Shown here piece after piece: positions 1 through 14,643 of a stretch of DNA of 64,000 bases. This stretch comes from Burkholderiales bacterium (lineage in GTDB: Bacteria > Pseudomonadota > Gammaproteobacteria > Burkholderiales > SG8-39): NCBI GenBank assembly GCA_023383795.1, contig JAHDYJ010000012.1:5307-69306 (forward strand), given 5' to 3'. The notes under the pieces are model-generated. The model was not told where the DNA came from, searched no databases, and was given only the letters and a program-made list of their open reading frames with translations. Position numbers and translations under genes: made by a program. The stretch's first letter is position 1; every line of letters begins with the position of its first letter.

Positions 1-1280
1 ATCTCGCGCTCGTGAAGGCGCGCGCGACGCCCGAGGGCGACCACTACCGGGTCAAGGGCCAGAAGATCTTCATCACCTACGGCGAGCACGACTGGTCCGA
101 GAACATCGTGCACCTGGTGCTCGCGCGCACGCCCGACGCGCCGCCGGGGGTGAAGGGAATCTCGCTCTTCGTCGTGCCGAAGTTCCTGGTGAACGCCGAC
201 GGCTCGCTCGGCGGGCGCAACGACGTGCAGTGCATCAAGCTCGAGGAGAAGCTCGGCATCCACGCGAGCCCGACCTGCGTGATGGCGTACGGCGAGAAGG
301 GCGGCGCGATCGGCTACCTGGTCGGCGAGGAGAACCGCGGACTCGAGTACATGTTCATCATGATGAACGCGGCGCGGTTCGCGGTCGGCATGGAGGGCCT
401 CGCGATCTCCGAGCGGGCCTACCAGAAGGCGGCCGCGTACGCGAAGGAGCGGGTGCAGAGCCGCGACCTCGGCGGCTCGGGCTCGCAGGCGGTGACGATC
501 ATCCACCACCCGGACGTGCGGCGGATGCTGATGAGCATGCGCGCCGCCACCGAGGCCATGCGGGCGCTCGCGTACGTCGTCGCCTCGGCGCTCGACCGCA
601 CGCACCGCCACCGCGGCGAGAAGGAGCGCCAGAAGGCGCAGGCGTTCGTCGACCTTATGATCCCGGTCGTGAAGGGCTGGTTCACCGAGACTTCGATCGA
701 GGTGGCCTCGCTCGGCATCCAGGTGCACGGAGGCATGGGCTACATCGAGGAGACCGGCGCGGCGCAGTTCTACCGCGACGCCCGCATCACAACGATCTAC
801 GAGGGCACCACCTCGATCCAGGCGAACGATCTGGTCGGGCGCAAGATCGCGCGCGAGGCCGGCACGACCGCGAAGGCCGTGATCAAGGACATGAAGGCGA
901 CGCTGCGGGCGCTCAAGGCCGCCGAGGGCGACGACTTCGCGGCGATGGCCCGCCACCTGGCCGCCGGCATCAAGGCGGTCGAGCAGTGCGTGGGCTGGAT
1001 CGTCGACACCTACGCCACGGATATCAAGGCGGTGCACGCCGGCTCGGTGCCGTTCCTGAAGCTGATGGGCATCGTCGCCGGCGGCTGGCAGATGGCGCGC
1101 GCAGCGCTCGCGGCGCAGGCGAAGGTCGCGACGGGCGAGGGCGACGCCGGGTTCCTGAAGGCCAAGATCGTTACCGCGCGCTTCTTCGCGGATCACTACC
1201 TCGCGCAGGCGCCTGGCCTGCGCGAGACGGTCATGGCCGGCGCTCCGGGCGTGATGGCCCTGCCGGCGGAGCAGTTCTAG
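1..1280 (+). CDS. Acyl-CoA dehydrogenase (long DmdC/AidB-like subfamily), 5' truncated by window edge
   Basis: Motifs KGQKIFITYGEHD, EEKLGIHASPTC, QVHGGMGYIEETG, IYEGTTSIQANDL; frame is open from the window start. Confidence 0.93.
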   Translation, partial: LALVKARATPEGDHYRVKGQKIFITYGEHDWSENIVHLVLARTPDAPPGVKGISLFVVPKFLVNADGSLGGRNDVQCIKLEEKLGIHASPTCVMAYGEKGGAIGYLVGEENRGLEYMFIMMNAARFAVGMEGLAISERAYQKAAAYAKERVQSRDLGGSGSQAVTIIHHPDVRRMLMSMRAATEAMRALAYVVASALDRTHRHRGEKERQKAQAFVDLMIPVVKGWFTETSIEVASLGIQVHGGMGYIEETGAAQFYRDARITTIYEGTTSIQANDLVGRKIAREAGTTAKAVIKDMKATLRALKAAEGDDFAAMARHLAAGIKAVEQCVGWIVDTYATDIKAVHAGSVPFLKLMGIVAGGWQMARAALAAQAKVATGEGDAGFLKAKIVTARFFADHYLAQAPGLRETVMAGAPGVMALPAEQF

Positions 1281-1462
1281 CGAAGGCTGGACAAGCTCTG
1301 CGACAGGGGCCGACGGCTCGCTTTGCGGGATCCCTCATCCCAGTGGACGAGGCCGCCCAAGCGGACTTCGGAGCCGGCCGCTTCGCCTTGACGGGCATGG
1401 CCCGGCCGCGCCGAGCGTAGTCGACTCCTGGCTCCCGAACGCAGCCTGGCGCCAACGCGGTT

Positions 1463-3397
1463 CTAGCGGGCGGGCGCGCCGAGCTCCCGGCGGGCCTCGC
1501 GGCCGGTCTCGAACACGTGCGCGGACAGCCGCCGCTTCTCCAGCTCCTGGCCGAGCTTCAGCCGCATGAATCCGCTGTTCGTGTAGCGGGAGACCTTCAG
1601 GTAGTAGGTCTGCTCGACGTAGCGGACGGCCTCCATGTAGTCGCCGACCGCATCGTCGTCGAGCGTGAAACCGTCGTAGTTCACGATCGAATTGACCCGT
1701 CTTCGGAGCGGCCCGAGCAGACGATCCACCGCGGCGACGATGGTGTCGACGTCGAGCTTGTCCTTGACGCGCATTCCGGCGTAATTCATGAAGACGGTGT
1801 TGGTTTCCGGGTCGTAGGACAGGCGGTCGTCGATGTGGATGTCGAGCATGCGCTCGCGCAGACCCATCGGCGGATGCCGGAAGAGGGCGGCGTCCATCGG
1901 CGTCGGCGCGCGTACGATCGGCGCGAACGGCAGCCGTGCGAGGATGTCGCGCTCCACGTCCACGCCCGGCGCCACCTCGGCGAGCTCGAGGCCGTCGGGC
2001 GTCAGGCGGAACACGCAGCGCTCGGTCACGTAGAGCACTTCCTGCTCGCTCCCCGCGGCAAGCCGGCCGTTGAACGTCACCTGGCCGAGGCGCTCGACGA
2101 ACTTCACGTGCTTGCCTTCCTTGACGATGCGGAGGCGCCCGTCCTCGATCGCGTACTCGGCGCCCCCCGCCGCGAAGCTCGAGACGAACACGACCTTCTT
2201 CGCGTTCTGACTGATGTTGATGAAGCCGCCGCAGCCGGCGATGCGGCTTCCGAAGCGGCTCGCGTTCACACTGCCTTCGCGGTCGCACTCGGCGAAACCG
2301 AGGAAGGCGGCGTCCAGCCCGCCGCCGTCGATGAGGTCGAACTGCGAGCAGTGGTCGATCACCGCCTGCCAGTTCACCGCCGCGCCGAAATCGAGCCCGC
2401 CCATCGGCACGCCGCCGATCACGCCGGGGTCGACCGTCAGGGTCATGAGATCGTGGATCTTCTCCTCGCTCGCGACGGTCGGGATGCAGTCCGGCATGCC
2501 GAGACCGAAGTTCACGACGCTGTTCGCGCCGAGCTCCATTGCCGCGCGGCGCGCGATGACCTTGCGCTCGTCGAGCGGCAGCGGCCTGATGGAGCGCATC
2601 GGCACTCTGACCTCGCCGGAGAACGCCGGGTTGTACTGGGTGCCGTAGGTCTGCATGTGATGCTCGGGGTCGGCGACCACGACGCAGTCGACGAGGCTGC
2701 CGGGGATCTTCACCTGCCGCGCGTCGAGGGTGCCTTCGGCGGCGATCCGCTCGACCTGGCAGATGACGTAGCCGTGCGAGTTCTTGGCGGCGATCGCCAT
2801 GGCGAGGTTCTCCAGGATGAGCGATTCCTTCTCCATGGTGATGTTGCCGTCGGGATCCGCGGTGGTGCCGCGGATGAACGCGATCTTGATCGGCATCCCG
2901 CGGTAGTAGAGGTACTCCTGCCCGAAGATGGTCAGCACCTGCACGAGGTCCTCGGTGGTGCGGTCGTTCATCTTGCCGCCCTCCTGGCGCGGGTCGACGA
3001 ACGTGCCGAGACCGACCCGGGACAGCGTGCCGGGCTTGCCCGCCGCGATGTCGCGATAGAGATGCGTAATCACGCCCTCCGGGAAGTTGTAGGCCTCGAC
3101 GTCGCCGGCGGTCACGAGCGCGGCGACCTTCGGCATGAGCCCGTAGTGGCCGCCGATCGTCCGCTTGAGGAGCCCGGCGTGCCCGAGGCGGTTCAGGCCC
3201 TTCTCCTTGGCGTCGCCCTGGCCGCCGGCGAAGACCAGCGTCAGCCCGCGCGGGGCGCCGGTCTGCACGAAGCGCTGCTCGAGCGCGACGAGCAGTTGAT
3301 CGGGCGTGCCGTTGCCGCCGTAACCGGTGGTTGCGAGGACGTCGCCGTCGCGCACGATCGCGATGGCGTCCTCGACCGGGATCACCTTCTTCAGCAT
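1463..3397 (-). CDS. Family I acyl-CoA:acetate/3-ketoacid CoA-transferase (Pct/YdiF-like) with an extra C-terminal domain
   Basis: MLKKVIPVEDA start with CAGGAG RBS; GLGTFVDPR, RGTTADPDGN, VNFGLGMP, GCGGFINISQNAKKVVF, YVTERCVF; ~120-aa C-terminal extension. Confidence 0.9.
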   Translation of the reverse strand: MLKKVIPVEDAIAIVRDGDVLATTGYGGNGTPDQLLVALEQRFVQTGAPRGLTLVFAGGQGDAKEKGLNRLGHAGLLKRTIGGHYGLMPKVAALVTAGDVEAYNFPEGVITHLYRDIAAGKPGTLSRVGLGTFVDPRQEGGKMNDRTTEDLVQVLTIFGQEYLYYRGMPIKIAFIRGTTADPDGNITMEKESLILENLAMAIAAKNSHGYVICQVERIAAEGTLDARQVKIPGSLVDCVVVADPEHHMQTYGTQYNPAFSGEVRVPMRSIRPLPLDERKVIARRAAMELGANSVVNFGLGMPDCIPTVASEEKIHDLMTLTVDPGVIGGVPMGGLDFGAAVNWQAVIDHCSQFDLIDGGGLDAAFLGFAECDREGSVNASRFGSRIAGCGGFINISQNAKKVVFVSSFAAGGAEYAIEDGRLRIVKEGKHVKFVERLGQVTFNGRLAAGSEQEVLYVTERCVFRLTPDGLELAEVAPGVDVERDILARLPFAPIVRAPTPMDAALFRHPPMGLRERMLDIHIDDRLSYDPETNTVFMNYAGMRVKDKLDVDTIVAAVDRLLGPLRRRVNSIVNYDGFTLDDDAVGDYMEAVRYVEQTYYLKVSRYTNSGFMRLKLGQELEKRRLSAHVFETGREARRELGAPAR

Positions 3398-3577
3398 TGC
3401 GCGCTCCTGGCAGGAGGAGGAGGGCCACGCGGGTCTTGGATGCCCTTCTCCGGCCGGCGACGGTCGGGTCGCGCGGGCGCCTGTGCGTGGTCGAGGTCGG
3501 GAAGCGGCCATCATAGGCGCATCGCGCGCGAGGCGCCACCCGCCGCCGGACGCGTGCGCGCGTCGCGCCCGAGAGAA

Positions 3578-4120
3578 TCAGCTGTCGCGCACGCCCTCGG
3601 CAGGCGGCGACCTGCCGCTCGCGTGCTCGAGGATCAGGCAGGTCGTCGTGCCGTGGGCGTAGAGACGCCCCTCGCGGTCGCGCAGGAAGCCCTCCGCGGT
3701 GGCGATGCGGTTGCCGCGGTGGATGATCTTCCCCTCGGCGCGCAGCAAGCCGGTCGCGGTCGTGATCGCGCGCACGAGGTTCACCTTCAGCTCGGCCGTG
3801 GTGTAGCCGGTGCCCGCCGGCAGCGTGGTGTGCACGGCGCAGCCCATCGCCGAGTCGAGCAGGGTGCAAGCGATGCCGCCGTGCACCGTGCCGATGGGGT
3901 TGTAGTGGAACTCCATCGGTTCGATCTCGAACACCGCGCGGCCGGGCTCGATCTCGGCGAGCGCGAAGCCGAGCACGCGCGCGAGCGGCGCCGCGGGCAG
4001 CTCGCCGGCGACGATCGCCTTCAGGTAGTCCATGCCGGCCATGCGCGCGCCGGCCCGTGCGCCGGCGCGCGGGTCTTCCCATTCGACGGTGCGCACGCGC
4101 GGCGGACTCGATGCGGTCAT
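3578..4120 (-). CDS. PaaI-family hotdog thioesterase
   Basis: HYNPIGTVHGGIACTLLDSAMGCAV motif; ATG at 4120 overlaps the GNAT stop (ATGA). Confidence 0.9.
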   Translation of the reverse strand: MTASSPPRVRTVEWEDPRAGARAGARMAGMDYLKAIVAGELPAAPLARVLGFALAEIEPGRAVFEIEPMEFHYNPIGTVHGGIACTLLDSAMGCAVHTTLPAGTGYTTAELKVNLVRAITTATGLLRAEGKIIHRGNRIATAEGFLRDREGRLYAHGTTTCLILEHASGRSPPAEGVRDS

Positions 4121-4698
4121 AGGTCGTTCACCTCGTGCAGGGCGTGCGGCGGCGCGACGCGGCCGTCGAGCGCGAGCTCGATCAGGCGCAGGTGCCCGCC
4201 GTCCGGGTGGAAGCGCGTGCCGAACCCCAGGGCGCCGGCGAGCCCGAGCATGCGCCGGTTCGTCGCATGAACGTCGCCGAGCAGCCTGCGCAGTCCGGCG
4301 TCGGCGGCGCATTCGATCAGGCGCCCGAGCAGGCGCTTGCCGATGCCGTAGCCTTGCCACGGGTCGGCCACGGTGACGGCGATCTCGGCCGCGTGCGGAT
4401 CGTCGTCCAGGCGGGCGTAGCGCGCGACAGCGAGCGGCGTCTCCGCGCCGGCGAACGTCGCGGTGGCGATCAGCGCGAGGTCGCGCGAGAAGTCCACGTT
4501 CAGCAGCCGATCGAGCAGCCGCGGGTTGAGCTTGATGCCGCCGTTCAGGAAGCGATGGTGGAGGCTTTCCGAGGACAGGCTGCGCCCGAGCTCGATCTCG
4601 AGATCGGCGTCGGTGGGCAGGAGGGGGCGGACGGTCACGGCGTGACCGAAGAATACCGGCCAGGCCGTGGTGAGATGCACGGGGGCGTTCGTGCTCAT
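4117..4698 (-). CDS. GNAT acetyltransferase resembling the GNAT domain of Pat-type lysine acetyltransferases
   Basis: LSSESLHHRF, AVARYARL, AEIAVTVADPWQGYGIG (acetyl-CoA motif A), NRRMLGLAGALGF. Confidence 0.85.
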   Translation of the reverse strand: MSTNAPVHLTTAWPVFFGHAVTVRPLLPTDADLEIELGRSLSSESLHHRFLNGGIKLNPRLLDRLLNVDFSRDLALIATATFAGAETPLAVARYARLDDDPHAAEIAVTVADPWQGYGIGKRLLGRLIECAADAGLRRLLGDVHATNRRMLGLAGALGFGTRFHPDGGHLRLIELALDGRVAPPHALHEVNDL

Positions 4699-5375
4699 GG
4701 CGCGTCCTTTCCCGCGAAGAGGTCCGATCGTGCGCCCGCCCCGGCGGAAGGGCGGTCACCGGTGACGGTCCCGCGCATCGATGCCCGGGGGGCGTAGTAC
4801 GCGACCAGCCGCTCGAAGGCGCGCCCGGCGCGGTTCCGCGCGGCGGGATCGGCGAGCAGTCGCCGGTCGTGGTGCGCGGCGAGGACGATCGCGAACAGCT
4901 CGAACGCAAACTGCTCGGGATCCGTCTCGGGGCCGAAGTGACCCTCGGCGACCGCGATCTCCACGGCCCGGGCGACGGCCTCGCGCAGGCGATGCTGCGC
5001 GCCGGCAAGAGCATCCCGGATCGGTCCCGGGCGATCGTCGTACTCGGCGGTGGCGCCAAGGATCACGCAGCCGCCGGGCAGCCCGGGGTCGTCGGCCCAG
5101 GCGAGCCAGCGCTCGAAGAGCGCCCGCAGGCGGGGCAGGCCGCGAGGGGCCGCGAGCGCCGGGCGGAACACCGTTTCCTCGAACCGCTGCTGGGCGCGGC
5201 GCAGGGTGGCGAGCTGCAGCTCTTCCTTGGATCCGAAGTGGGCGAAGAGGCCGCTCTTGGACATGCCGAGACGCGACGCGAGCGGGCCGATGCTGAGGCC
5301 CTCGAGGCCGAGCTCGCTCGCGAGGGCGACGGCCTCGCCGAGAATGTCGTGCCGAGTCTGCTCACCTTTACGCAT
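4695..5375 (-). CDS. TetR/AcrR family regulator
   Basis: MRKGEQTRHDIL start; HTH GLSIGPLASRLGMSKSGLFAHFGSKEELQ. Confidence 0.92.
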   Translation of the reverse strand: MRKGEQTRHDILGEAVALASELGLEGLSIGPLASRLGMSKSGLFAHFGSKEELQLATLRRAQQRFEETVFRPALAAPRGLPRLRALFERWLAWADDPGLPGGCVILGATAEYDDRPGPIRDALAGAQHRLREAVARAVEIAVAEGHFGPETDPEQFAFELFAIVLAAHHDRRLLADPAARNRAGRAFERLVAYYAPRASMRGTVTGDRPSAGAGARSDLFAGKDAP

Positions 5376-5386
5376 GAGCGAGAAAA

Positions 5387-5405
5387 TAGCACGAACGTTC
5401 GATAA
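5387..5405. promoter_or_regulatory. Probable TetR autoregulatory operator (palindrome CGAACGTTCG)
   Basis: Perfect 10-bp palindrome at 5392-5401, ~17 bp upstream of the tetR start. Confidence 0.55.
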
Positions 5406-5508
5406 TAACAAGCGGGCAAGAGGAGAGCGAATTATAGAGAAGTTTCTTATTAATGATTAATAGCTTATATAGATAATCTAATGTGAAGCATTAGATTCTT
5501 GGCACCCG

Positions 5509-7140
5509 CTACATGTTCGGGTAGTTGGGACCCTCGCCTCCCTGCGGCACGACCCAGTTGATGTTCTGGGTCGGATCCTTGATGTCGCAGGTCTTGCAGT
5601 GGACGCAGTTCTGCGCGTTGATTTGAAGCCGCGGATTGGCGCCGTCGGCGTCGCGCACGATCTCGTACACCCCCGCCGGGCAGTAGCGCTGCTCCGGGGC
5701 GTCGTAGAGTGCGAGATTCACCTTGATCGGCACCGCGGGATCGGCCAGCGTGAGGTGCGAGGGCTGGTTCTCGTCGTGGTTGACGCCCGAGAGGTACACC
5801 GACGAGAGCTTGTCGAAGGTCACCACGCCGTCGGGCTTCGGATAGGCGATCGGGCGCGCCTCCGCGGCCTTGCGGAGCTGGGTGTGGTCGGCGTGGATGC
5901 GGAACGTCCAGGGAGCGCGGCCCTGGAAGACGTACTGGTCCACGCCCGCGTACAGGACGCCCGCCCACATCCCCCAGTAGAACGACGGCCGGATGTTGCG
6001 CACGCGGTACAGCTCGTCCCAAAGCCACGTTCCGCGGAGCCGGTCCGGATAATCCTTCACCTCGCGCGGGGCGTCGTCGCCGAGCGCGCCGGCCAGCGCC
6101 TCGGCGGCGACCATGCCGGATTTCATCGCGAGGTGCGTGCCCTTGATCTTCGGCACGTTCAGGAAGCCCGCCGTGTCGCCGATCAGCAGCCCGCCGGGGA
6201 AGGTGAGCTTCGGCAGCGATTGGAAGCCCCCCTCGGAGATCGCGCGCGCGCCGTACGCGACGCGCCGGCCGCCCTCGAGGGTCGGCCGGATCTCGGGATG
6301 GGTCTTGAAGCGCTGGAATTCGTCGAACGGCGAGAGGTGCGGATTCTGGTAGTCGAGCCCGACCACGAACCCGACCGAGACGAGGTTCCCCTCGAGGTGG
6401 TACAGGAACGCGCCGCCGTAGGTGCCCGAGTCGAGCGGCCAGCCGATGCTGTGGAACACGAAGCCGGGGCGGTGCTTTTGCGGCGCGACCTCCCACAGCT
6501 CCTTGATGCCGATGCCGTAGGTCTGCGGATCGGCGCCCTCGCGGAGGCTGAAGCGCTTGAAGAGCGCCTTGGTCAGCGAGCCGCGGCAGCCCTCCGCGAA
6601 CACGGTCTGTCTCGCGTGCAGCTCGACGCCGGGCTGGTAGCTCTCGGTCCGGCTGCCGTCCTTCGCGATGCCCATGTCGCCGGTCGCAACGCCCCTGACG
6701 CTGCCGTCCTCGTGATAGAGCACTTCCGCGGCGGCGAACCCGGGATAGATCTCCACGCCGAGCGCCTCGGCCTCGCGCCCGAGCCAGCGGCAGAGGTTGC
6801 CGAGGCTGATGATGTAGTTGCCCTCGTTCCTGAGGAACGGCGGCAGCGGCAGCCGGTAGCCGCTCTTCTCGGTGAGCAGCATCACCCGGTCCTCGCGGAC
6901 CGGCGTGTTGAGCGGCGCGCCCTTGGCCTGCCAATCGGGAATCAGCTCGTTCAGGCTGCGCGGCTCGATCACCGCGCCCGACAGGATGTGCGCGCCGATC
7001 TCGGAGCCTTTCTCGATCAGGCACACGCCGATCTCGCGGCCCGCCTCGGCGGCGAGCTGCTTCAGGCGGATCGCGCAGGCGAGCCCGGAGGGCCCGCCGC
7101 CGACGATCACGACGTCGTACTGCATCGATTCGCGCTGCAT
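5509..7140 (-). CDS. Electron transfer flavoprotein-ubiquinone oxidoreductase (ETF-QO)
   Basis: [15 protein letters not shown] site, [21 protein letters not shown]-terminal CPAGVYE...[13 protein letters not shown] Fe-S motif. Confidence 0.96.
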   Translation of the reverse strand: MQRESMQYDVVIVGGGPSGLACAIRLKQLAAEAGREIGVCLIEKGSEIGAHILSGAVIEPRSLNELIPDWQAKGAPLNTPVREDRVMLLTEKSGYRLPLPPFLRNEGNYIISLGNLCRWLGREAEALGVEIYPGFAAAEVLYHEDGSVRGVATGDMGIAKDGSRTESYQPGVELHARQTVFAEGCRGSLTKALFKRFSLREGADPQTYGIGIKELWEVAPQKHRPGFVFHSIGWPLDSGTYGGAFLYHLEGNLVSVGFVVGLDYQNPHLSPFDEFQRFKTHPEIRPTLEGGRRVAYGARAISEGGFQSLPKLTFPGGLLIGDTAGFLNVPKIKGTHLAMKSGMVAAEALAGALGDDAPREVKDYPDRLRGTWLWDELYRVRNIRPSFYWGMWAGVLYAGVDQYVFQGRAPWTFRIHADHTQLRKAAEARPIAYPKPDGVVTFDKLSSVYLSGVNHDENQPSHLTLADPAVPIKVNLALYDAPEQRYCPAGVYEIVRDADGANPRLQINAQNCVHCKTCDIKDPTQNINWVVPQGGEGPNYPNM

Positions 7141-7288
7141 CGCTCCGGCCCCCTCTGTTGTTCGGGTCTTCGGTCGGCGTCCGGCGCCGCATCCATGCGG
7201 CGATTGTATAATTCTTCGCGCCGCCTCTTCCGGCGCCGTCCCGCCCGCCGCGCGCGGTTCGCAGCCAACTCGAACGACCGACCCGCCT

Positions 7289-7702
7289 GTGACGTCCCCG
7301 CGCCGCACGCTCGTGCACACCGAGCTGATCCCGATCCGCTGGGGCGACATGGACGCGATAGGCCACGTGAACAACACGGTGTACTTCCGCTACATGGAGC
7401 AGGCCCGCATCTCGTGGTTCGACAGCCTGGGCGTCGCGTTCGACCCGCACGGCACCGGGCCGGTGATCGTCAACGCGAGCTGCACGTTCCTGAAGGAGCT
7501 CGTGTACCCGGGCACGGTCGAGGTGCGCATGCACGCCGGCAAGGCCGGCCGCTCCAGCTTCGAGACGTGGCTCGAGCTGCGGCCGAGCTACGATGCGGCG
7601 ACCGTGTACGCCGAGGGCGCCGCGAAAGTCGTGTGGGTAGACTTCGCGAAGGGGCGCTCGACCGCGCTGCCGGAGAGAATCAGACAGATCGTGGAGGGGT
7701 GA
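7289..7702 (+). CDS. 4HBT/YbgC-family acyl-CoA thioesterase
   Basis: [25 protein letters not shown]; GTG start inferred. Confidence 0.88.
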   Translation: MTSPRRTLVHTELIPIRWGDMDAIGHVNNTVYFRYMEQARISWFDSLGVAFDPHGTGPVIVNASCTFLKELVYPGTVEVRMHAGKAGRSSFETWLELRPSYDAATVYAEGAAKVVWVDFAKGRSTALPERIRQIVEG

Positions 7703-7707
7703 GCCGG

Positions 7708-9672
<1,965 letters not shown>

Positions 9673-9717
9673 GCTCTCCGGACGCCTCCGAAGGGGGAGG
9701 CGAGGCGGACCGCGGCG

Positions 9718-10878
9718 TCAGAACGACCGCGGCAACCCGAGCACGTGCTCGGCGACGTAGGATAGGATGAGATTGGTCGAGATCGGCGCGACCTGGAAGA
9801 GGCGGGTCTCGCGGAACTTGCGCTCGACGTCGTACTCGGCGGCGAAGCCGAAGCCGCCGTGGGTCTGCAGGCACGCGTTCGCGGACTCCCACGAGGCATC
9901 CGCGGCGAGCAGCTTCGCCATGTTCGCCTCGCCGCCGCACGGCTCGCCGCGGTCGAAGAGCTCGGCGGCGCGGTAGCGCATCAGGTTGGCGGCCTCGACG
10001 TTCACGTAGGCGCGCGCGATCGGGAACTGCACGCCCTGGTTCTGGCCGATCGGACGGTCGAAGACGACGCGCTCGCGCGCGTAGGCGGAGGCTTTCTCGA
10101 CGAACCAGTAGCCGTCGCCGACGCACTCGGCGGCGATCAGGATGCGCTCGGCGTTCATGCCGTCCAGCACGTAGCGGAAGCCCTTGCCTTCCTCGCCGAT
10201 CAGATTCTCGGCCGGCACCTCGAGCCCGTCGAAGAACACCTCGTTCGTCTCGTGGTTCATCATGTTGCGGATCGGCCGCACGGTCATGCCCTCGGCCGCG
10301 CCGGAAGAAAGCTCGACGAGGAACACCGACAGCCCGTCGCCCTTGCGCTTCACCTCAGCGAGCGGCGTGGTGCGCGCGAGAAGCAGCATGAGGTCCGAGT
10401 GCTGGACGCGCGAGGTCCATACCTTCTGCCCGTGCACGACGTAGCGGTCGCCCTTGCGCACGGCGGTCGTCTTGAGCTTGGTCGTGTCGGTGCCGGTGGT
10501 CGGCTCGGTGACGCCGAAGGCCTGCAGGCGGAGCTCGCCGGTGGCGATGCGCGGCAGGTGGCGGCGCTTCTGCTCTTCGGAGCCGTGGCGCAGGATGGTG
10601 CCCATGATGTACATCTGGGCATGGCACGCCGCCGAGTTGCCGCCGGCGCGGTTGATGCTCTCGAGGATCACCGAGGCCTCGGCGATGCCGAGGCCCGAGC
10701 CGCCGTACTGCTGCGGGATCAGCGCGCCGAGCCACCCGGCCTTGGTGAGCGCGTCGACGAACGCCTCGGGGTACTCGCGCGCCTCGTCGCGCTCGCGCCA
10801 GTACTCGCCCGGGAAGCGCTCGCAGAGCGCGCCCACGGCCTCGCGGATCTCGGGAAAGCGGTCGAGCTTCGAATGCAT
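9718..10878 (-). CDS. Acyl-CoA dehydrogenase
   Basis: FGVTEPTTGTD, GQKVWTS, QTHGGFGFAAEYDVERKFRE. Confidence 0.94.
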   Translation of the reverse strand: MHSKLDRFPEIREAVGALCERFPGEYWRERDEAREYPEAFVDALTKAGWLGALIPQQYGGSGLGIAEASVILESINRAGGNSAACHAQMYIMGTILRHGSEEQKRRHLPRIATGELRLQAFGVTEPTTGTDTTKLKTTAVRKGDRYVVHGQKVWTSRVQHSDLMLLLARTTPLAEVKRKGDGLSVFLVELSSGAAEGMTVRPIRNMMNHETNEVFFDGLEVPAENLIGEEGKGFRYVLDGMNAERILIAAECVGDGYWFVEKASAYARERVVFDRPIGQNQGVQFPIARAYVNVEAANLMRYRAAELFDRGEPCGGEANMAKLLAADASWESANACLQTHGGFGFAAEYDVERKFRETRLFQVAPISTNLILSYVAEHVLGLPRSF

Positions 10879-10930
10879 GGAGTGATCGGATGCTTGGGGT
10901 TGCGGGAGGCGAGACCGCGCAAGGCGCGGC

Positions 10931-14377
<3,447 letters not shown>

Positions 14378-14452
14378 CCGGAGCGACGGCCCGGGGGCCC
14401 GGGAAAGCCGGCCCCGCGATTTAACAATCTTTTGCAATTCAAGCGTCTCCGC

Positions 14453-14468
14453 GGGTACGGCGCTTGCA
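14453..14468 (+). promoter_or_regulatory. Putative sigma-54 -24/-12 promoter of the RTX gene
   Basis: GGGTACGGCGCTTGCA has GG-N10-GC spacing with TTGCA; preceded by an AT-rich patch (14419-14442). Confidence 0.5.
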
Positions 14469-14643
14469 CCTTCGCAATCACTCTGCGTGGGCGTCACACC
14501 TTGCGCAGAGGGAAGTGGGCACGCGCGCGGCCGGCAGAGCGGCGCCGGCGTCCCAAGGGGGAGCCACCGGGAATCCGGCCGCGCAAACCCCCGGGCAGAA
14601 GAGGCCCAGGTCGTCGGTCGGAGCCGGCCGAGGAGCACGAACG

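Noticed and set aside
5599-7707. N-terminal extensions in the ORF track (1357-aa ligase, 969-aa CASDH, 877-aa kdsA, 624-aa eno, 628-aa speB)
   Set aside because: The extensions overlap neighbouring genes; true starts were placed at family N-termini with an RBS or stop/start overlap.
14555-14630. c-di-GMP-I riboswitch in the RTX leader (CCGG-GAAT-CCGG...CGCAAACCCCCGG)
   Set aside because: Only partial resemblance; the first GCAAA, the GNRA loop and the 3' P1 strand are not convincing. An Infernal search would be needed.
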